Shown: positions 24,135-35,298, counted from the first letter of the stretch. The stretch: 64,000 nt of DNA from Oligoflexia bacterium (GCA_011087955.1 JAALKR010000005.1:13381-77380), one strand, 5' to 3'. Made by a program: numbers and translations. The notes: generated from the letters alone by a model not told the origin.

Positions 24135-26577
24135 TAGGTGTCGATTTCTTTCGTTGCGTTGTATCCTTAGTCACAGAAATACCATAATCGATACGAGCAT
24201 GGTAGATGCCAATCAATACTTCCACAAAGCTTTCAGCGATTGAATCTAAATCTCTAAGCGTAAGATTACACTCAGAAAGATGCCCTTCCGCAAAATATTT
24301 ATTTAAAACGTTTCGAACTACATTCGAAAGCCGAAGTGGAGTTGGATCAGCTAAAGATCGCGTCGCCGCTTCTACAACATCTCCAAGCATAATTAAAGCG
24401 GACTCTTTCGATTGAGGTTTTTTTCCATCATATTGATAGTCAGTTTCAAGAACTGAATCCGGATCTTCCGCCATACTCTTAGCTTTATTAAAGAAATAGG
24501 TAATGACGGAGGAGCCATGGTGCTCACTCATTGCATCGATAACTGGCTGCGGCAGGCGGTGCTTATAGCCAAGCTCTTGCCCTTTTTTCACATGTTCACG
24601 AATAATCATCGCACTCATATGCGGCTGTAAGGCATCATGGCGGTTATAGCCTCCCGCTTGGTTCTCAATGAAATACATTGGTCGCTCCATTTTTCCAACA
24701 TCATGGTAGTAGGCCATCACTCGAGCCAAAAGTGAGTTGGCATCGATTGCTTCCGCAGCCTTTTCCACCAATGAACCGATAATAATCGAATGGTGATAAG
24801 TCCCCGGCGCCTTCACCACTAAATCTCGTAAAAGCGGGTGATTCATAGCAGCTAACTCTAAAAGCCGCAAATCTGTCGTATGCCCAAATGCCCATTCAAT
24901 AAGCGGTACAAATGAAAGAACTGCAGCCGCCGTTAAAATTCCTGAAATCATCCCCGCAGAAATAATCCACGTAATATCCTGCCAAAGTAGCGAAAGATTC
25001 GCACCACTTCTTGTAGACGCGGCAATACATATAATCATTGCCACGTTCACTATCCCGGTAACGACCCCCATTTTATAAATTTGCGCACGTGTTTCCACCC
25101 GGTTTGCCAAGATAACAGCTGTTAAAGAGGATGTGATTACATAACAGGTATAGAAGAAATTCCGCTCTAAAAGAATTCCACCAACTACAGCCATTGCTAT
25201 AGTCATCAAGAATGCTGGTTGCTTCTGTGTAATCATTCGAACAATCGCCGGAGCTGCTGCTGTCGGGACTAAAAAATGGTAAAATTCAAGCGGCCATTGT
25301 GGAAGCTTCTCTAGCAATGCCTCCAATGCAATTGACTGCACCCCCTTCACTGTAAGAATCAAGCCCATACCTAGTAACAGAAATACCGCTACATCTTTTA
25401 AACTATAACGATAAGGCTCGAACCCACCTCGCTGGAATGTAAACAACAAATATAGAAGAATTGTCAAAAGAACCGTCGTAAAGAGAAATCTAAAATGAGA
25501 AGATTCTTCCGCTCTCAGACGCTCCAAGTAAGATAAGATTGTAAGGTGCCGCTTTGTGATCGGGTCACCATAGCGAATAATCGTATCCCCTTTGTTAATT
25601 TTAATAATCACTGGCTGGATATCATCTGCAACCGCTTGGTTGCGTCGTTCTGTCTCCTGTTTATTAAAGGTTAAATTTGGAATTAGTAATCGCGATACCA
25701 CATTAAGTGCGGTGAGCTCGAATTCTCTGCGATTGGATAAAAAGACCCGCTTTCCACTCTTAATAAATCTTTTTCTAGCATCCTTAATATCTACTATCTC
25801 AACTAAATTTTTATAGATCTCTTCTCGTGGCTCAACAAATGGTTCATTTAAGTGATTCATCGTAATTCCGCGATCTTGACCTGAATTTAATAATTCCTTG
25901 GACAAAACGATCAGCTTTGACTCCACTGGTACAAAGAGATGAATTAATGTACGCTCAAGGTTATTAGAAAATTTGAGGCTCACAAGCGCTAGAAATTCTT
26001 CATCTGTAACTTCTACTTCCAACGTCTGTGAAAATAGCTTCTTAGACTTAATAAACAGGTTTGATTCTTTAAGGAGAGTCTTCTTACCTTTCCAAACATC
26101 CGAATAGGCCGATCGCAACTTACGAAACGCAGTACGTAAATTCTGAATAGACCGAACTATTACACGATGATCATAATCATAAACTGGAAGCACCGAGGAA
26201 ACCGCATCACGACGCTTTTCTTCCGACGTGGTCTCATCTTCGAACTCAATCGTGCTTTGAGCAATCAGATGCCGTTGCGCGATTTGCCCCTCTCGATAAT
26301 CTAGAAACGGATCTGTAATCTCACGATAGATGAAAAAGGAGAGAAAAATTGCAGCGCCCAAAATAACCAGCTTTGAGCTTATCTGATAGCGCACATCTAA
26401 ACCGAAATAGCGCTGAATCCAAGGGTTTCGAGACGCATGCTTCTGTTTATTACGCGACGGTAGTTCACCTTTAATACGCGAAAAGACCGGATGATCAGAA
26501 ATCAAAACTGATTTCTTATTGGTCTTATCCTGGCGCTTGTCCTTATCCTTCTTGTCTTTCTTATCTTTTTTATCCAT
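24001..26577 (-). CDS. 7TM-receptor/HD-domain (HDIG) phosphohydrolase, PgpH/YqfF-like
   Basis: Has a Lys/Asp-rich N-terminus, an extracellular domain and a block of about 7 TM helices. The HD domain reads HHSIIIGSL...YYHDVGK. It shares yqfF-ybeY synteny with Bacillus. Confidence 0.85.
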   Translation of the reverse strand: MDKKDKKDKKDKDKRQDKTNKKSVLISDHPVFSRIKGELPSRNKQKHASRNPWIQRYFGLDVRYQISSKLVILGAAIFLSFFIYREITDPFLDYREGQIAQRHLIAQSTIEFEDETTSEEKRRDAVSSVLPVYDYDHRVIVRSIQNLRTAFRKLRSAYSDVWKGKKTLLKESNLFIKSKKLFSQTLEVEVTDEEFLALVSLKFSNNLERTLIHLFVPVESKLIVLSKELLNSGQDRGITMNHLNEPFVEPREEIYKNLVEIVDIKDARKRFIKSGKRVFLSNRREFELTALNVVSRLLIPNLTFNKQETERRNQAVADDIQPVIIKINKGDTIIRYGDPITKRHLTILSYLERLRAEESSHFRFLFTTVLLTILLYLLFTFQRGGFEPYRYSLKDVAVFLLLGMGLILTVKGVQSIALEALLEKLPQWPLEFYHFLVPTAAAPAIVRMITQKQPAFLMTIAMAVVGGILLERNFFYTCYVITSSLTAVILANRVETRAQIYKMGVVTGIVNVAMIICIAASTRSGANLSLLWQDITWIISAGMISGILTAAAVLSFVPLIEWAFGHTTDLRLLELAAMNHPLLRDLVVKAPGTYHHSIIIGSLVEKAAEAIDANSLLARVMAYYHDVGKMERPMYFIENQAGGYNRHDALQPHMSAMIIREHVKKGQELGYKHRLPQPVIDAMSEHHGSSVITYFFNKAKSMAEDPDSVLETDYQYDGKKPQSKESALIMLGDVVEAATRSLADPTPLRLSNVVRNVLNKYFAEGHLSECNLTLRDLDSIAESFVEVLIGIYHARIDYGISVTKDTTQRKKSTPNAAADSKSGSGQSGTQKQASGPNVKHITEAVRPTGAGSNGSKKS

Positions 26578-26651
26578 ACTCTTACATCTCGCTTATCGGT
26601 ATTTTACTCAAGAAAAATGACAACTTCATGATAAAATTAAAGTCTCAGTGT

Positions 26652-27275
26652 ATGTCTAAAGCAACCAGAAATTTTCAATTCATAGCTATTACCGGAGGGA
26701 TCGGCAGTGGGAAATCAGCGCTCGGCAACATGCTGCGCCAAAAAGGTTACACTGTAATCGATTCCGATCAAATAGCTAGAAAGGTCGTCGAGCCTGGGCA
26801 ACCTGCCAATGCAGAAATCGCAAGCCAGTTCGGTCCATCGGTTATGAATAAGAACGGAACAATCAATCGCAGCGAACTTCGTAAAATCATTTCTAGCGAT
26901 ATTAAGATGCGCAAATTGCTAGAATCAATAACTCACCCTAGGATTCGTGCGATCTCTGAAAAAAAAGCCGAAACTATCCATTCGACAAGCGGAGACACAG
27001 TAATTTTTTACGAAGTACCGCTTCTATTCGAATCTGAGCGTAAACATGATTTCGACAAAATTATTTGTGTAACAGCCGAAGACGATATTCGTATCGATCG
27101 AGTAATGAGACGAAGTAAACTAACAAAAGACGACGTTCTTAAGTTAGTTGCAACTCAAATGGACCAACAGGAAAAAACCAGACTTTCTGATCATGTCATT
27201 GAAAACAATGGCTCTCTAAACGAACTGAAAAATTCAGCTGACGCTTTGAGCAAAATCATCAAATCGATTTTTTAG
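26652..27275 (+). CDS. coaE: Dephospho-CoA kinase
   Basis: IAITGGIGSGKS P-loop at the N-terminus, about 207 aa. The start is set at MSKATR (26652). Confidence 0.85.
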   Translation: MSKATRNFQFIAITGGIGSGKSALGNMLRQKGYTVIDSDQIARKVVEPGQPANAEIASQFGPSVMNKNGTINRSELRKIISSDIKMRKLLESITHPRIRAISEKKAETIHSTSGDTVIFYEVPLLFESERKHDFDKIICVTAEDDIRIDRVMRRSKLTKDDVLKLVATQMDQQEKTRLSDHVIENNGSLNELKNSADALSKIIKSIF

Positions 27276-28073
27276 ACGAGAACGAAGACGTAGAATAGCT
27301 TGAGTATGCAATTGCGAAACACGTGACTCAGTCACTTCCAAAATATCACCAATTTCTTTCAAATTTAGATCTTCATAATAGTAAAGGGCTAAAACTAGAC
27401 GTTGCTTCTCCGGCAGATCCTTAATTGCCTTTTCCATCAATCCTCTAACGTTAGATTTTGAAATTTCCGCAAAAGGGTTAGGAATTTTTCCATTTTCTAT
27501 CAATCCGACCATAGATTTTTTGTCAGCTTTCGTTAAGCTGCTTAAATCGTCAAAGTTTAACAAAGAAATTGAGCGAACTTCATATAGAAGATCTTGAAAC
27601 TCTTCATGAGTGAGTTTCATTTCATCGCGTACTTCTTCCTCCGTGGCTTGCCGGCCAAGTTTCTGCTCTAGCTTTGAAAAAATTCTCTCTAATTGCTTTG
27701 CTTTTTCTCTTACTGAACGAGGAACCCAATCCTGAGAACGAAGCTCATCAAGCATTGCTCCACGAATTCGAAATTCAGCATAAGTCTTGAATTTATTTTC
27801 TCGTTTTTCATCATACTTATCCACCGCATCCATTAAGCCCATAACACCTGCGGAGATCAGGTCATCTAACTCAATATTTGCAGGAAGCCTTAGCGCTAAT
27901 TTTTGTGCAAGATACTTAACAAGAGGAGCATACTTAACGACAACTTCTTCTTTGCTCATTCCATCTACGAGCTTGATACTCGTGGATTCTGTACTTTTTT
28001 CTTGATTTAAATTTGTTCGACTTAGATCTGTTTGCTCAGCGATTGACTGATACTTCTGCGCTTCCTTGTTCAT
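27234..28073 (-). CDS. fliA: Flagellar RNA polymerase sigma factor sigma-28
   Basis: Sigma-70 region 2 (LISAGVMGLMDAVDKYD...FKTYAEFRIRGAMLDELR) and region 4 (LVLALYYYEDLNLKEIGDILEVTESRVSQLH). It is the last gene after flhF-flhG. Confidence 0.88.
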   Translation of the reverse strand: MNKEAQKYQSIAEQTDLSRTNLNQEKSTESTSIKLVDGMSKEEVVVKYAPLVKYLAQKLALRLPANIELDDLISAGVMGLMDAVDKYDEKRENKFKTYAEFRIRGAMLDELRSQDWVPRSVREKAKQLERIFSKLEQKLGRQATEEEVRDEMKLTHEEFQDLLYEVRSISLLNFDDLSSLTKADKKSMVGLIENGKIPNPFAEISKSNVRGLMEKAIKDLPEKQRLVLALYYYEDLNLKEIGDILEVTESRVSQLHTQAILRLRSRLKNRFDDFAQSVS

Positions 28074-28092
28074 TTATTTGCCCCTCCGTGGC

Positions 28093-28980
28093 TCAAACTG
28101 CGTCGGCAACTAGCTGCCAGAAACATCCTTTTGCTTCCATAGCAACCAAATCTTCTCGATCCCTATGAAAAGAACTGGCTACATCCTTAATATTTCTACT
28201 GAACAAGCTATCCGGCTCCCCTGTAATTACCGGATGGCGCTGCCTAACTGCCTCAGTGAGATTGCCGTCGAAATTCACTGAACCAACATAATCAATACCA
28301 AGATGCAGAAACCTATCAACTACCTCGGCAATCCGGCTATAAACCTTTAATCCTTCTTCCTGGTTTTTCACTTGATTTACTAGTAGCTTTATTTTTTTAA
28401 TCTTGTATTGCTGATTCAGCACCTTCATCATGGCGTACGCATCCGTAATTGAGGTTGGCTCTGGAGTCGCAACTACAACTACATCATCAGCTGTTGAATT
28501 TAGCCAGATTACGTCGCTACCGATTCCAGCAGCCGTGTCAATAATTAGCGTGTCGTATTCGAAATCTAACCCCTCAAGCTCTTCTGTAATTCTAGATTTA
28601 GCTTCCTGACTCAAGCCTTTGATACCTAGGATTCCGGAACAAGATGGAAGGACATGAACACCGTAATGCGAATGAGAAATAATGTCTCGTAGCTGCGCTC
28701 GTCCTTCAATCACGTCATTTATGTTCACTTTAGGGGTGAGATTTAATAGGATATCGATATTCGCAAGTCCAAAATCTCCGTCCAGAATGAGTACACGCTC
28801 TCCCATTCTTCTTAAAGCGATGGCTATATTAACCACCAAATTACTTTTTCCTACGCCACCTTTTCCACTCGTTACAGATATAACGCGAAATGAGGTCCTG
28901 TGGCCTTTCGGCAAGGCCCGAATACGACTATTAACTACACCAACTTGGTAATTCTTAAACATTGTCCCCCCTGGACTCAT
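28093..28980 (-). CDS. flhG: MinD/ParA-type ATPase, flagellar number regulator FlhG
   Basis: Deviant Walker A SGKGGVGKSN. It lies directly downstream of flhF. Confidence 0.85.
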   Translation of the reverse strand: MSPGGTMFKNYQVGVVNSRIRALPKGHRTSFRVISVTSGKGGVGKSNLVVNIAIALRRMGERVLILDGDFGLANIDILLNLTPKVNINDVIEGRAQLRDIISHSHYGVHVLPSCSGILGIKGLSQEAKSRITEELEGLDFEYDTLIIDTAAGIGSDVIWLNSTADDVVVVATPEPTSITDAYAMMKVLNQQYKIKKIKLLVNQVKNQEEGLKVYSRIAEVVDRFLHLGIDYVGSVNFDGNLTEAVRQRHPVITGEPDSLFSRNIKDVASSFHRDREDLVAMEAKGCFWQLVADAV

Positions 28981-28987
28981 TTAAAAT

Positions 28988-30259
28988 TCATAAATCTACA
29001 ATCAAATCAGCTAAACGCTCTTTCGTAGCACGCTCAATATCCTCCGGCACTCTTTGTCCAACTGTAAAGTACGCCAGCGGAAGTTTTGTTCGAAACTGTG
29101 TGTTTACAATGCTGCCAAATACACCTGTTTCATCTAACTTAGAAAATATAAGGGCACATGGTCGGAATAGTCGAAATCGGTTCGATATATCTCTAAGCTC
29201 GGATTCTCTAGTTGTCGCACTTAACACAAGAAGTGCTTGATTATTTGTTACCTGATCAAGGTATTTTGATATCTCGGTTAGCCCGTCGGAATCTCTCTGA
29301 CTACGCCCGGTGGTATCGATTAGAACTAAATCTAATGAGCCAAAATCATAGATCGCTTCATTTAATTCCTCGACAGTCTTCACATTTCGAAAAGGTAAAT
29401 TCATGAGCTTCGCATATGTCTTAAGCTGGTCAGCCGCTGCCACACGGTACATATCTAAGTTGATCAAGCCAACTCGCAGCTCACGTTGTGAAGCCGCCTG
29501 ACTTGCAATTTTTGCGACTGTTGTAGTCTTACCAACGCCGGTTGGACCAACTACTGAAATAAACGTGGTTTCCGCTTTCCCTTCTTTCGCTCCAATCCCA
29601 TCAAGAATATCAATAACCTGAAGCCGTTCCATTAATTCAACGGCGACCTTCTCCTGTATTTTCGAATAATTCTTTCGTTCATCTTTATCTAAATTAGACT
29701 CTGCTGGCTCAAGAATTTCTCGAACAAAAACTCGCTCAATTCCTGAGTTGACTAAATCTTTATAAAACTCTGAAATTTCTTCATTAACAGCTTGTGCTGA
29801 TGCTGCCCGTAAATGATTAGTAGCCTTCTCTCGAGATATCTGTTTTATCATCGATCTTAATTCATCAATTTCCTCTTGGAGCCTATCTGTATTTTTTAAC
29901 TCCACATTTTGCGAGTCTGTAATCGGCATATCTAAGATGGAGGGATCAATCCGTCGAGTTTGTTGATTATTTCGTCGAGTTTTCTGTGAATAAGAATTGT
30001 AAATACGCTTCTGTTCAGTGGCCGAGCTACTATAAATTTTCTCCTTCACTACATCCGAAAGGTCCTTCTCTACGGAGTTCTTCTTACGAAGATCATTCTC
30101 CGTAATCGCTACAGTTACCTCGATAGAGGAAGAACTCATTAATCCAAACCCTTTGCGATTCTCTTTGGTCTTCAAAATGATCGCGTCAGGTCCCATCTCT
30201 CTCTTAACTACCTTGAGAGCCTCCTTCATTGTTGGGGCTTCAAATTTTTTAACTTGCAT
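28988..30259 (-). CDS. flhF: Flagellar biosynthesis SRP-type GTPase FlhF
   Basis: N-terminus MQVKKFEAPTMKEALKVVKREMGPDAIIL. G domain motifs GPTGVGKTTT, DTTGRS and SKLDET. Confidence 0.88.
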   Translation of the reverse strand: MQVKKFEAPTMKEALKVVKREMGPDAIILKTKENRKGFGLMSSSSIEVTVAITENDLRKKNSVEKDLSDVVKEKIYSSSATEQKRIYNSYSQKTRRNNQQTRRIDPSILDMPITDSQNVELKNTDRLQEEIDELRSMIKQISREKATNHLRAASAQAVNEEISEFYKDLVNSGIERVFVREILEPAESNLDKDERKNYSKIQEKVAVELMERLQVIDILDGIGAKEGKAETTFISVVGPTGVGKTTTVAKIASQAASQRELRVGLINLDMYRVAAADQLKTYAKLMNLPFRNVKTVEELNEAIYDFGSLDLVLIDTTGRSQRDSDGLTEISKYLDQVTNNQALLVLSATTRESELRDISNRFRLFRPCALIFSKLDETGVFGSIVNTQFRTKLPLAYFTVGQRVPEDIERATKERLADLIVDL

Positions 30260-32345
30260 CGTCTAACCTCACCATCCCTAGTGATCGAAGATTTACATTA
30301 GGCGAAACTTCGTTATGAGATAAAAAAATTAAACTTGGTATGAATCTATCGATTAATCGCTTGATATGAAAACGAATAGCCGGCGAACAAAGAATAACAG
30401 CTTGTGATGATTGTTCAATTGCTCTTGCGACATCTAAATTTAGCGCTCCTAATAACCGCTGCACAAACTCCGGGTCTGGGCTAAGCTCAGAACCTGTTTC
30501 CAGCTTAACAATGGAGTTTGCTATAGTCTCTTCAATCTGCCGTTCTAGCGTGAGAATATGTAACTCATTATTTTCATCTGCTAGTCGAGAACAAATTGAA
30601 CGATGCTGAGCAGAGCGAACACACTCGGTCAAATGTATTGGATCCTTTGAAGTCGTACCTTCATCAGCTAATACTTCTAGAATCGTTCTCATATCGCGAA
30701 TACTCACACCTTCTTCCAATAGGTTCTGCAACACTCTTAAAACCGTCCCCAATGGAAGGATGTTTGGCACTAAATCCTCAACAACCTTTGGATACTCCTC
30801 TTTTACGCCGTCCACCAGACCCTGAAGCTCTTGTCGGCCTAGCAACTCAGCTAGATGTTTTCGTAAGAGTTCTGTAATGTGTGTAGCAATGACGGTAGAA
30901 AGATCAACCACAGTATATCCATTCATCATTGCATTCTCTTTATTGTTAGAACTAATCCAAATTGCAGGTAACCCGAATGCAGGCTCAACAGTTTCTACTC
31001 CTGGTATTTTTTCAATTACTTCACCAGAGTCCATAGCTAATAGATGATCCATCATTAGCTCACCATCGCCAATCGACACTCCTTTGAGCATAAACTTGTA
31101 CTCACCTGGACTGAGTTGTAAATTATCTCGAATTCTAATAGATGGAACAATCACGCCGTAGTCCATCGCAAATTGCCTACGAATCAGATTGATACGATTT
31201 AATAGTTCTCCGTCTTGATCCGGGTCAACTATATTAATTAGCCCGTAACCAACTTCTAGCTCAAGCGTATCCATTGAAAGTAGTCGTTCTACACTTTCAT
31301 CTTCCTCACGAGATTCCTCTTCAATTTTGCGTTGCGAATCAAGCATCGCCTTGTTTCGAGATTTTTCAGATACGCGATAAGCTCCGTAACCCAAGCCAGC
31401 ACCAATCACCATAAACGGTAGCGCTGGCAATCCGGGAACTAGAGAGAATACCCCCATAACCCCCGCGCCTACGTAGAGAGATTTTGGGTGAGCCGAAAAT
31501 TGAGCGCCCATTTCTGAACTCAAATTCTCATCCGAATTCGATCGAGTGACGATAATACCAGCAGCCGTCGAAATAATTAGAGCTGGTATTTGAGAAACCA
31601 AGCCATCGCCCACTGTAAGCAAAACAAATGTCTCTGCTGCATCCCCAAGCGACATACCGTTCTGTACTGTACCGATTATGATGCCACCAACAATATTGAC
31701 TAAAACAATTAAAATGCCAGCAATTGCATCACCACGGACAAATTTAGATGCACCATCCATGGAGCCGTAGAAATCAGATTCTTCGGAAATTTCCTTACGG
31801 CGGTCTCTAGCTTCCGTCTCAGAAATAATCCCAGCATTCAAATCAGCATCAATCGCCATCTGCTTACCTGGCATCGCATCCAAAGTAAATCGAGCGCCAA
31901 CTTCAGCAACTCTGCCAGCGCCTTTGGTAATTACAACAAAATTAATAATTACAAGAATTATGAAGATAACAATCCCGACTGCGTAATTTCCTCCAACAAC
32001 AAACTCTCCAAAGCTACGAATCACCTCACCGGCTGCAGCAACGCCCTTGTCCGGTCCATCAAGTAATACCAGTCTTGTACTAGCCACGTTAAGAGCCAAA
32101 CGGAAAAGTGTCGCAGTCAAAAGAACCGAAGGAAATACAGAGAAATCTAAAGGCTTACGAGTATAGACAGATGTGAGAAGCAGAACAACAGATCCACCAA
32201 TCGACAGTGCCAAAAAAATGTCTATCATGACGGGCGGGAGAGGCATCACCATCAATACCAAAATACCAAGCAAACCTAATGCAATCGTCAGATCCGTATT
32301 CTTCAGTAATTTTCTAAACTCAAATCCCTGATTATTTTCAGGCAC
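30249..32345 (-). CDS. flhA: Flagellar type III export apparatus protein FlhA
   Basis: 698 aa with a conserved TM region and FHIPEP-type motifs (FPSVLL, GAGRVAEVGARFTLDAMPGKQMAIDADL). Confidence 0.95.
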   Translation of the reverse strand: MPENNQGFEFRKLLKNTDLTIALGLLGILVLMVMPLPPVMIDIFLALSIGGSVVLLLTSVYTRKPLDFSVFPSVLLTATLFRLALNVASTRLVLLDGPDKGVAAAGEVIRSFGEFVVGGNYAVGIVIFIILVIINFVVITKGAGRVAEVGARFTLDAMPGKQMAIDADLNAGIISETEARDRRKEISEESDFYGSMDGASKFVRGDAIAGILIVLVNIVGGIIIGTVQNGMSLGDAAETFVLLTVGDGLVSQIPALIISTAAGIIVTRSNSDENLSSEMGAQFSAHPKSLYVGAGVMGVFSLVPGLPALPFMVIGAGLGYGAYRVSEKSRNKAMLDSQRKIEEESREEDESVERLLSMDTLELEVGYGLINIVDPDQDGELLNRINLIRRQFAMDYGVIVPSIRIRDNLQLSPGEYKFMLKGVSIGDGELMMDHLLAMDSGEVIEKIPGVETVEPAFGLPAIWISSNNKENAMMNGYTVVDLSTVIATHITELLRKHLAELLGRQELQGLVDGVKEEYPKVVEDLVPNILPLGTVLRVLQNLLEEGVSIRDMRTILEVLADEGTTSKDPIHLTECVRSAQHRSICSRLADENNELHILTLERQIEETIANSIVKLETGSELSPDPEFVQRLLGALNLDVARAIEQSSQAVILCSPAIRFHIKRLIDRFIPSLIFLSHNEVSPNVNLRSLGMVRLDDAS

Positions 32346-32372
32346 TTTTATCTACTCCCATCCTAACTTCAT

Positions 32373-33446
32373 TTATCGTCTACCTATTCGGTAAATGTAT
32401 GCCAGCACTTCCGCGACCGCTTGATATAACGAACGAGGAATGTACTGTCCTATCTTTACTGATTTATGCAGGGCTCGGGCCAAAGGAACATTTTCAACTA
32501 AAGGAATATCATTATCCTTAGCAATCTCTTTAATTTTCAACGCGATATAGTCAGCACCTTTTGCAATTACTTTTGGTGCTTCCATATTTTTGGGGTCATA
32601 CTTCAACGCAATCGAAATATGTGTCGGATTTGTGACGATTACATCCGCTTTTGGAATTTCTTCCATCATACGCTTTTGAGCTCTCTCCCGCTGCACACTG
32701 CGAATACGGGCCTTTAAAAGCGGATCACCCTCTCGATTCTTTAACTCATCCTTCAGCTCTTGCTTTGTCATCCGTAACTTTTTGATATATTGGTATTTTT
32801 GCCATGCCAAATCTCCGCCGGCGATTACGAAAAGCGCCAATGAAATGGCACCAACCATTCGAAATCCGATGATGCCCATATAATTAACTATCTCAACAGA
32901 TTCAAATTCAGTAAGGACCGGTGCCGTTAGGATAGAATCAACCACCATCAGGTAAGCTATGGTTCCTATCGCTACTAACTTGGCAATCGATTTTGCACCT
33001 TCAACGATAGTGTTCATTGAGAAAATACGCTTGAACCCTGAAACAGGGTTTAACTTATTTAAGTTTGGCTCCAGTGGCTTCGTAGAGAAATTAAATCCAA
33101 CCTGTACAATCGTACCTGCAATTCCGGCAGTAAGCCCGATAGCTGCTATCGGCAAAACGATCTTGACAATACTTCCAAGAGTCAAATACAACAACTTTCC
33201 AACCGTCGACATATTGATCTGCATTGTCCCCGCCAAATCTGTCAGTTGACGGAATAAATCGAAATAAACCTCGAGTAAATTAGACCCACCAAAATAAATC
33301 ACTCCTACGCACCCAAGGAGCACCATAAAGGCAGTAATTTCTTTCGATTGAGCAACATTACCCTCACGCCTAGACTCTTCTAAACGCTGCTGAGTGGGCT
33401 CTTCCGTTTTTTCATCTTGTGGCGTTTCGTTTGATTTCTCAGCCAT
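32373..33446 (-). CDS. flhB: Flagellar export switch protein FlhB
   Basis: EKTEEPTQQRLEESRREGNVAQSKE N-terminus and the NPTH autocleavage motif (VIVTNPTHISIAL). Confidence 0.95.
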   Translation of the reverse strand: MAEKSNETPQDEKTEEPTQQRLEESRREGNVAQSKEITAFMVLLGCVGVIYFGGSNLLEVYFDLFRQLTDLAGTMQINMSTVGKLLYLTLGSIVKIVLPIAAIGLTAGIAGTIVQVGFNFSTKPLEPNLNKLNPVSGFKRIFSMNTIVEGAKSIAKLVAIGTIAYLMVVDSILTAPVLTEFESVEIVNYMGIIGFRMVGAISLALFVIAGGDLAWQKYQYIKKLRMTKQELKDELKNREGDPLLKARIRSVQRERAQKRMMEEIPKADVIVTNPTHISIALKYDPKNMEAPKVIAKGADYIALKIKEIAKDNDIPLVENVPLARALHKSVKIGQYIPRSLYQAVAEVLAYIYRIGRR

Positions 33447-34233
33447 TCAAATGTACCAATACACCGTTCATTTTCTCGAACATGAGTTGAAAGAAATAAC
33501 CCACACTTGTTCCTAGTTGCGGCATCACTAGAAATAAAACTAAAATTCCTACTAAAATATTTACCGTAAAACTCACCAAGAGGACATTGACCTGAGGAAT
33601 CGCTCGAGCAATCAACCCAAACCCTACATTTATCGAAAATATCACAACAGCAATAGGTGCTGCGATTCGAACAGCAATCACAAAAACACTAGCGCCAACA
33701 TCAAGTACGTATAAAGAAAGCTGTTTCGTGAACGATGCCACTCCAAGCGGCAAAACAGTAAAGGTTTCAGCGATAGCATTTATCATCAGATGATGACCAT
33801 CTACTGCGATGAACAAAAGACTCACTATAACCATCACAAAATTACTGACAACTGGGGAAGACGTTTCAATGTTTGGGTCGTATAGATTCGAAAATCCAAA
33901 ACCCATTTGCATACTCATGTAGGCAAAACCAAAAGAGATGGACTCAAAGATAACCTTAGCCATAAAGCCAACGATAACTCCAACCAGAGCTTCTTTCATT
34001 ACAAGCGCAACTAACAGGAGGTTGCTATTTAAGTACTCGCTAGCAGTAACTCCAGAAGTACTCTTGATAGCCGGGAATAAAGCTGTAGATAGACAAAATG
34101 CAAACAAAATTCGAACTAGTGGAGGGACAACATTACTACTGAAAATTGGAAAGACAACTAAAATGGCTGAAACTCGTACAAGCCCGCAAAAAAAAAGGAG
34201 AGTTTCTGTGATATCTAGGCCATATATATTCAC
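33439..34233 (-). CDS. fliR: Flagellar export apparatus protein FliR
   Basis: 264-aa polytopic membrane protein positioned between fliQ and flhB. Confidence 0.88.
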   Translation of the reverse strand: MNIYGLDITETLLFFCGLVRVSAILVVFPIFSSNVVPPLVRILFAFCLSTALFPAIKSTSGVTASEYLNSNLLLVALVMKEALVGVIVGFMAKVIFESISFGFAYMSMQMGFGFSNLYDPNIETSSPVVSNFVMVIVSLLFIAVDGHHLMINAIAETFTVLPLGVASFTKQLSLYVLDVGASVFVIAVRIAAPIAVVIFSINVGFGLIARAIPQVNVLLVSFTVNILVGILVLFLVMPQLGTSVGYFFQLMFEKMNGVLVHLNG

Positions 34234-34247
34234 TTCAATCTAACCCA

Positions 34248-34517
34248 TTATCGAACTAAGCCCGGTAAGGAAGTAAATAGATCAGTCGTATACGCTGTCA
34301 TAACTTGAATCATCCATGGCGCTAAGACTAAAAGAATCAGAACAACTGCTCCAATTTTAGGAATAAACGTCAAAGTAGCTTCATTAATTTGTGTAACTGC
34401 TTGCAAGATACTCACTACAAGACCAGTAATCAGAGCACCTAGCAAAAGAGGAGCTGCAATAAGAACAGTGGTCAACAGAGCTTCTCTTCCAATTCCCAAT
34501 ACTAATTCTTCTGTCAT
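34248..34517 (-). CDS. fliQ: Flagellar export apparatus protein FliQ
   Basis: 89 aa with two TM helices and the ...SILQAVTQINEATLTFIPK... motif. Confidence 0.9.
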   Translation of the reverse strand: MTEELVLGIGREALLTTVLIAAPLLLGALITGLVVSILQAVTQINEATLTFIPKIGAVVLILLVLAPWMIQVMTAYTTDLFTSLPGLVR

Positions 34518-34535
34518 AAGTTTTCCTCAATCTAC

Positions 34536-35291
34536 TTATCCAAAGGAACGAACTAATGATCCAACGACAAGCTCCCAACCATCCACTAGAACAAAAAGCA
34601 ACAATTTGAATGGAAGTGAAATAACTACAGGTGGCAACATCATCATACCCATGGCCATCAATACCGAAGCGACAACCATATCAATAATTAAGAAAGGCAA
34701 ATAAAGCATAAAGCCTATTTGAAAAGCAGTTTTCAGTTCACTCACAACAAATGCTGGGATGAGAACCCATGACGGCACATCGCTTTTATTCTTAGCGTCT
34801 GCAATTTTCCCCATCTCCAAAAATAGCCTTAAATCAGACTCACGAGTTTGAGAGAACATAAATTTCCGCATTGGGATTTCAGCATTTTTTAATGCTGTAC
34901 CCTGATCAATTTTCTCCTCGAGGTAAGGTGTAAGAGATTTTTTATTTATTTTGCTAAAAACAGGAGCCATTACAAAAAAAGAAAGAAATAATGAAAGACC
35001 AATAATTAACTGATTAGGCGGCATTTGCTGAGTTGATAACGCTTGTCGGAGAAATGACAAAACAACAACGATTCTAGTGAATGAAGTCATCATTATCAGA
35101 ATAGCCGGGGCTAGAGATAGAATTGTGAATAGAATCAAAATTTTGACCGCACCAACAATTTCTCCTGGCTTGACTCCAGACCCACCAATAGAAAAATTCA
35201 TCTGAGGAATAGACACTTGTTGCGCTATTGCAACTTCTGCCGCTAGTGCGGAGAAAAAGAAAGCTATTAGCAATAGAGTATATCTCTTCAT
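34536..35291 (-). CDS. fliP: Flagellar export apparatus protein FliP
   Basis: Conserved SFTRIVVVLSFLRQALSTQQMPPNQ and ELKTAFQIGF motifs. Confidence 0.95.
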   Translation of the reverse strand: MKRYTLLLIAFFFSALAAEVAIAQQVSIPQMNFSIGGSGVKPGEIVGAVKILILFTILSLAPAILIMMTSFTRIVVVLSFLRQALSTQQMPPNQLIIGLSLFLSFFVMAPVFSKINKKSLTPYLEEKIDQGTALKNAEIPMRKFMFSQTRESDLRLFLEMGKIADAKNKSDVPSWVLIPAFVVSELKTAFQIGFMLYLPFLIIDMVVASVLMAMGMMMLPPVVISLPFKLLLFVLVDGWELVVGSLVRSFG

Positions 35292-35298
35292 TTACGCC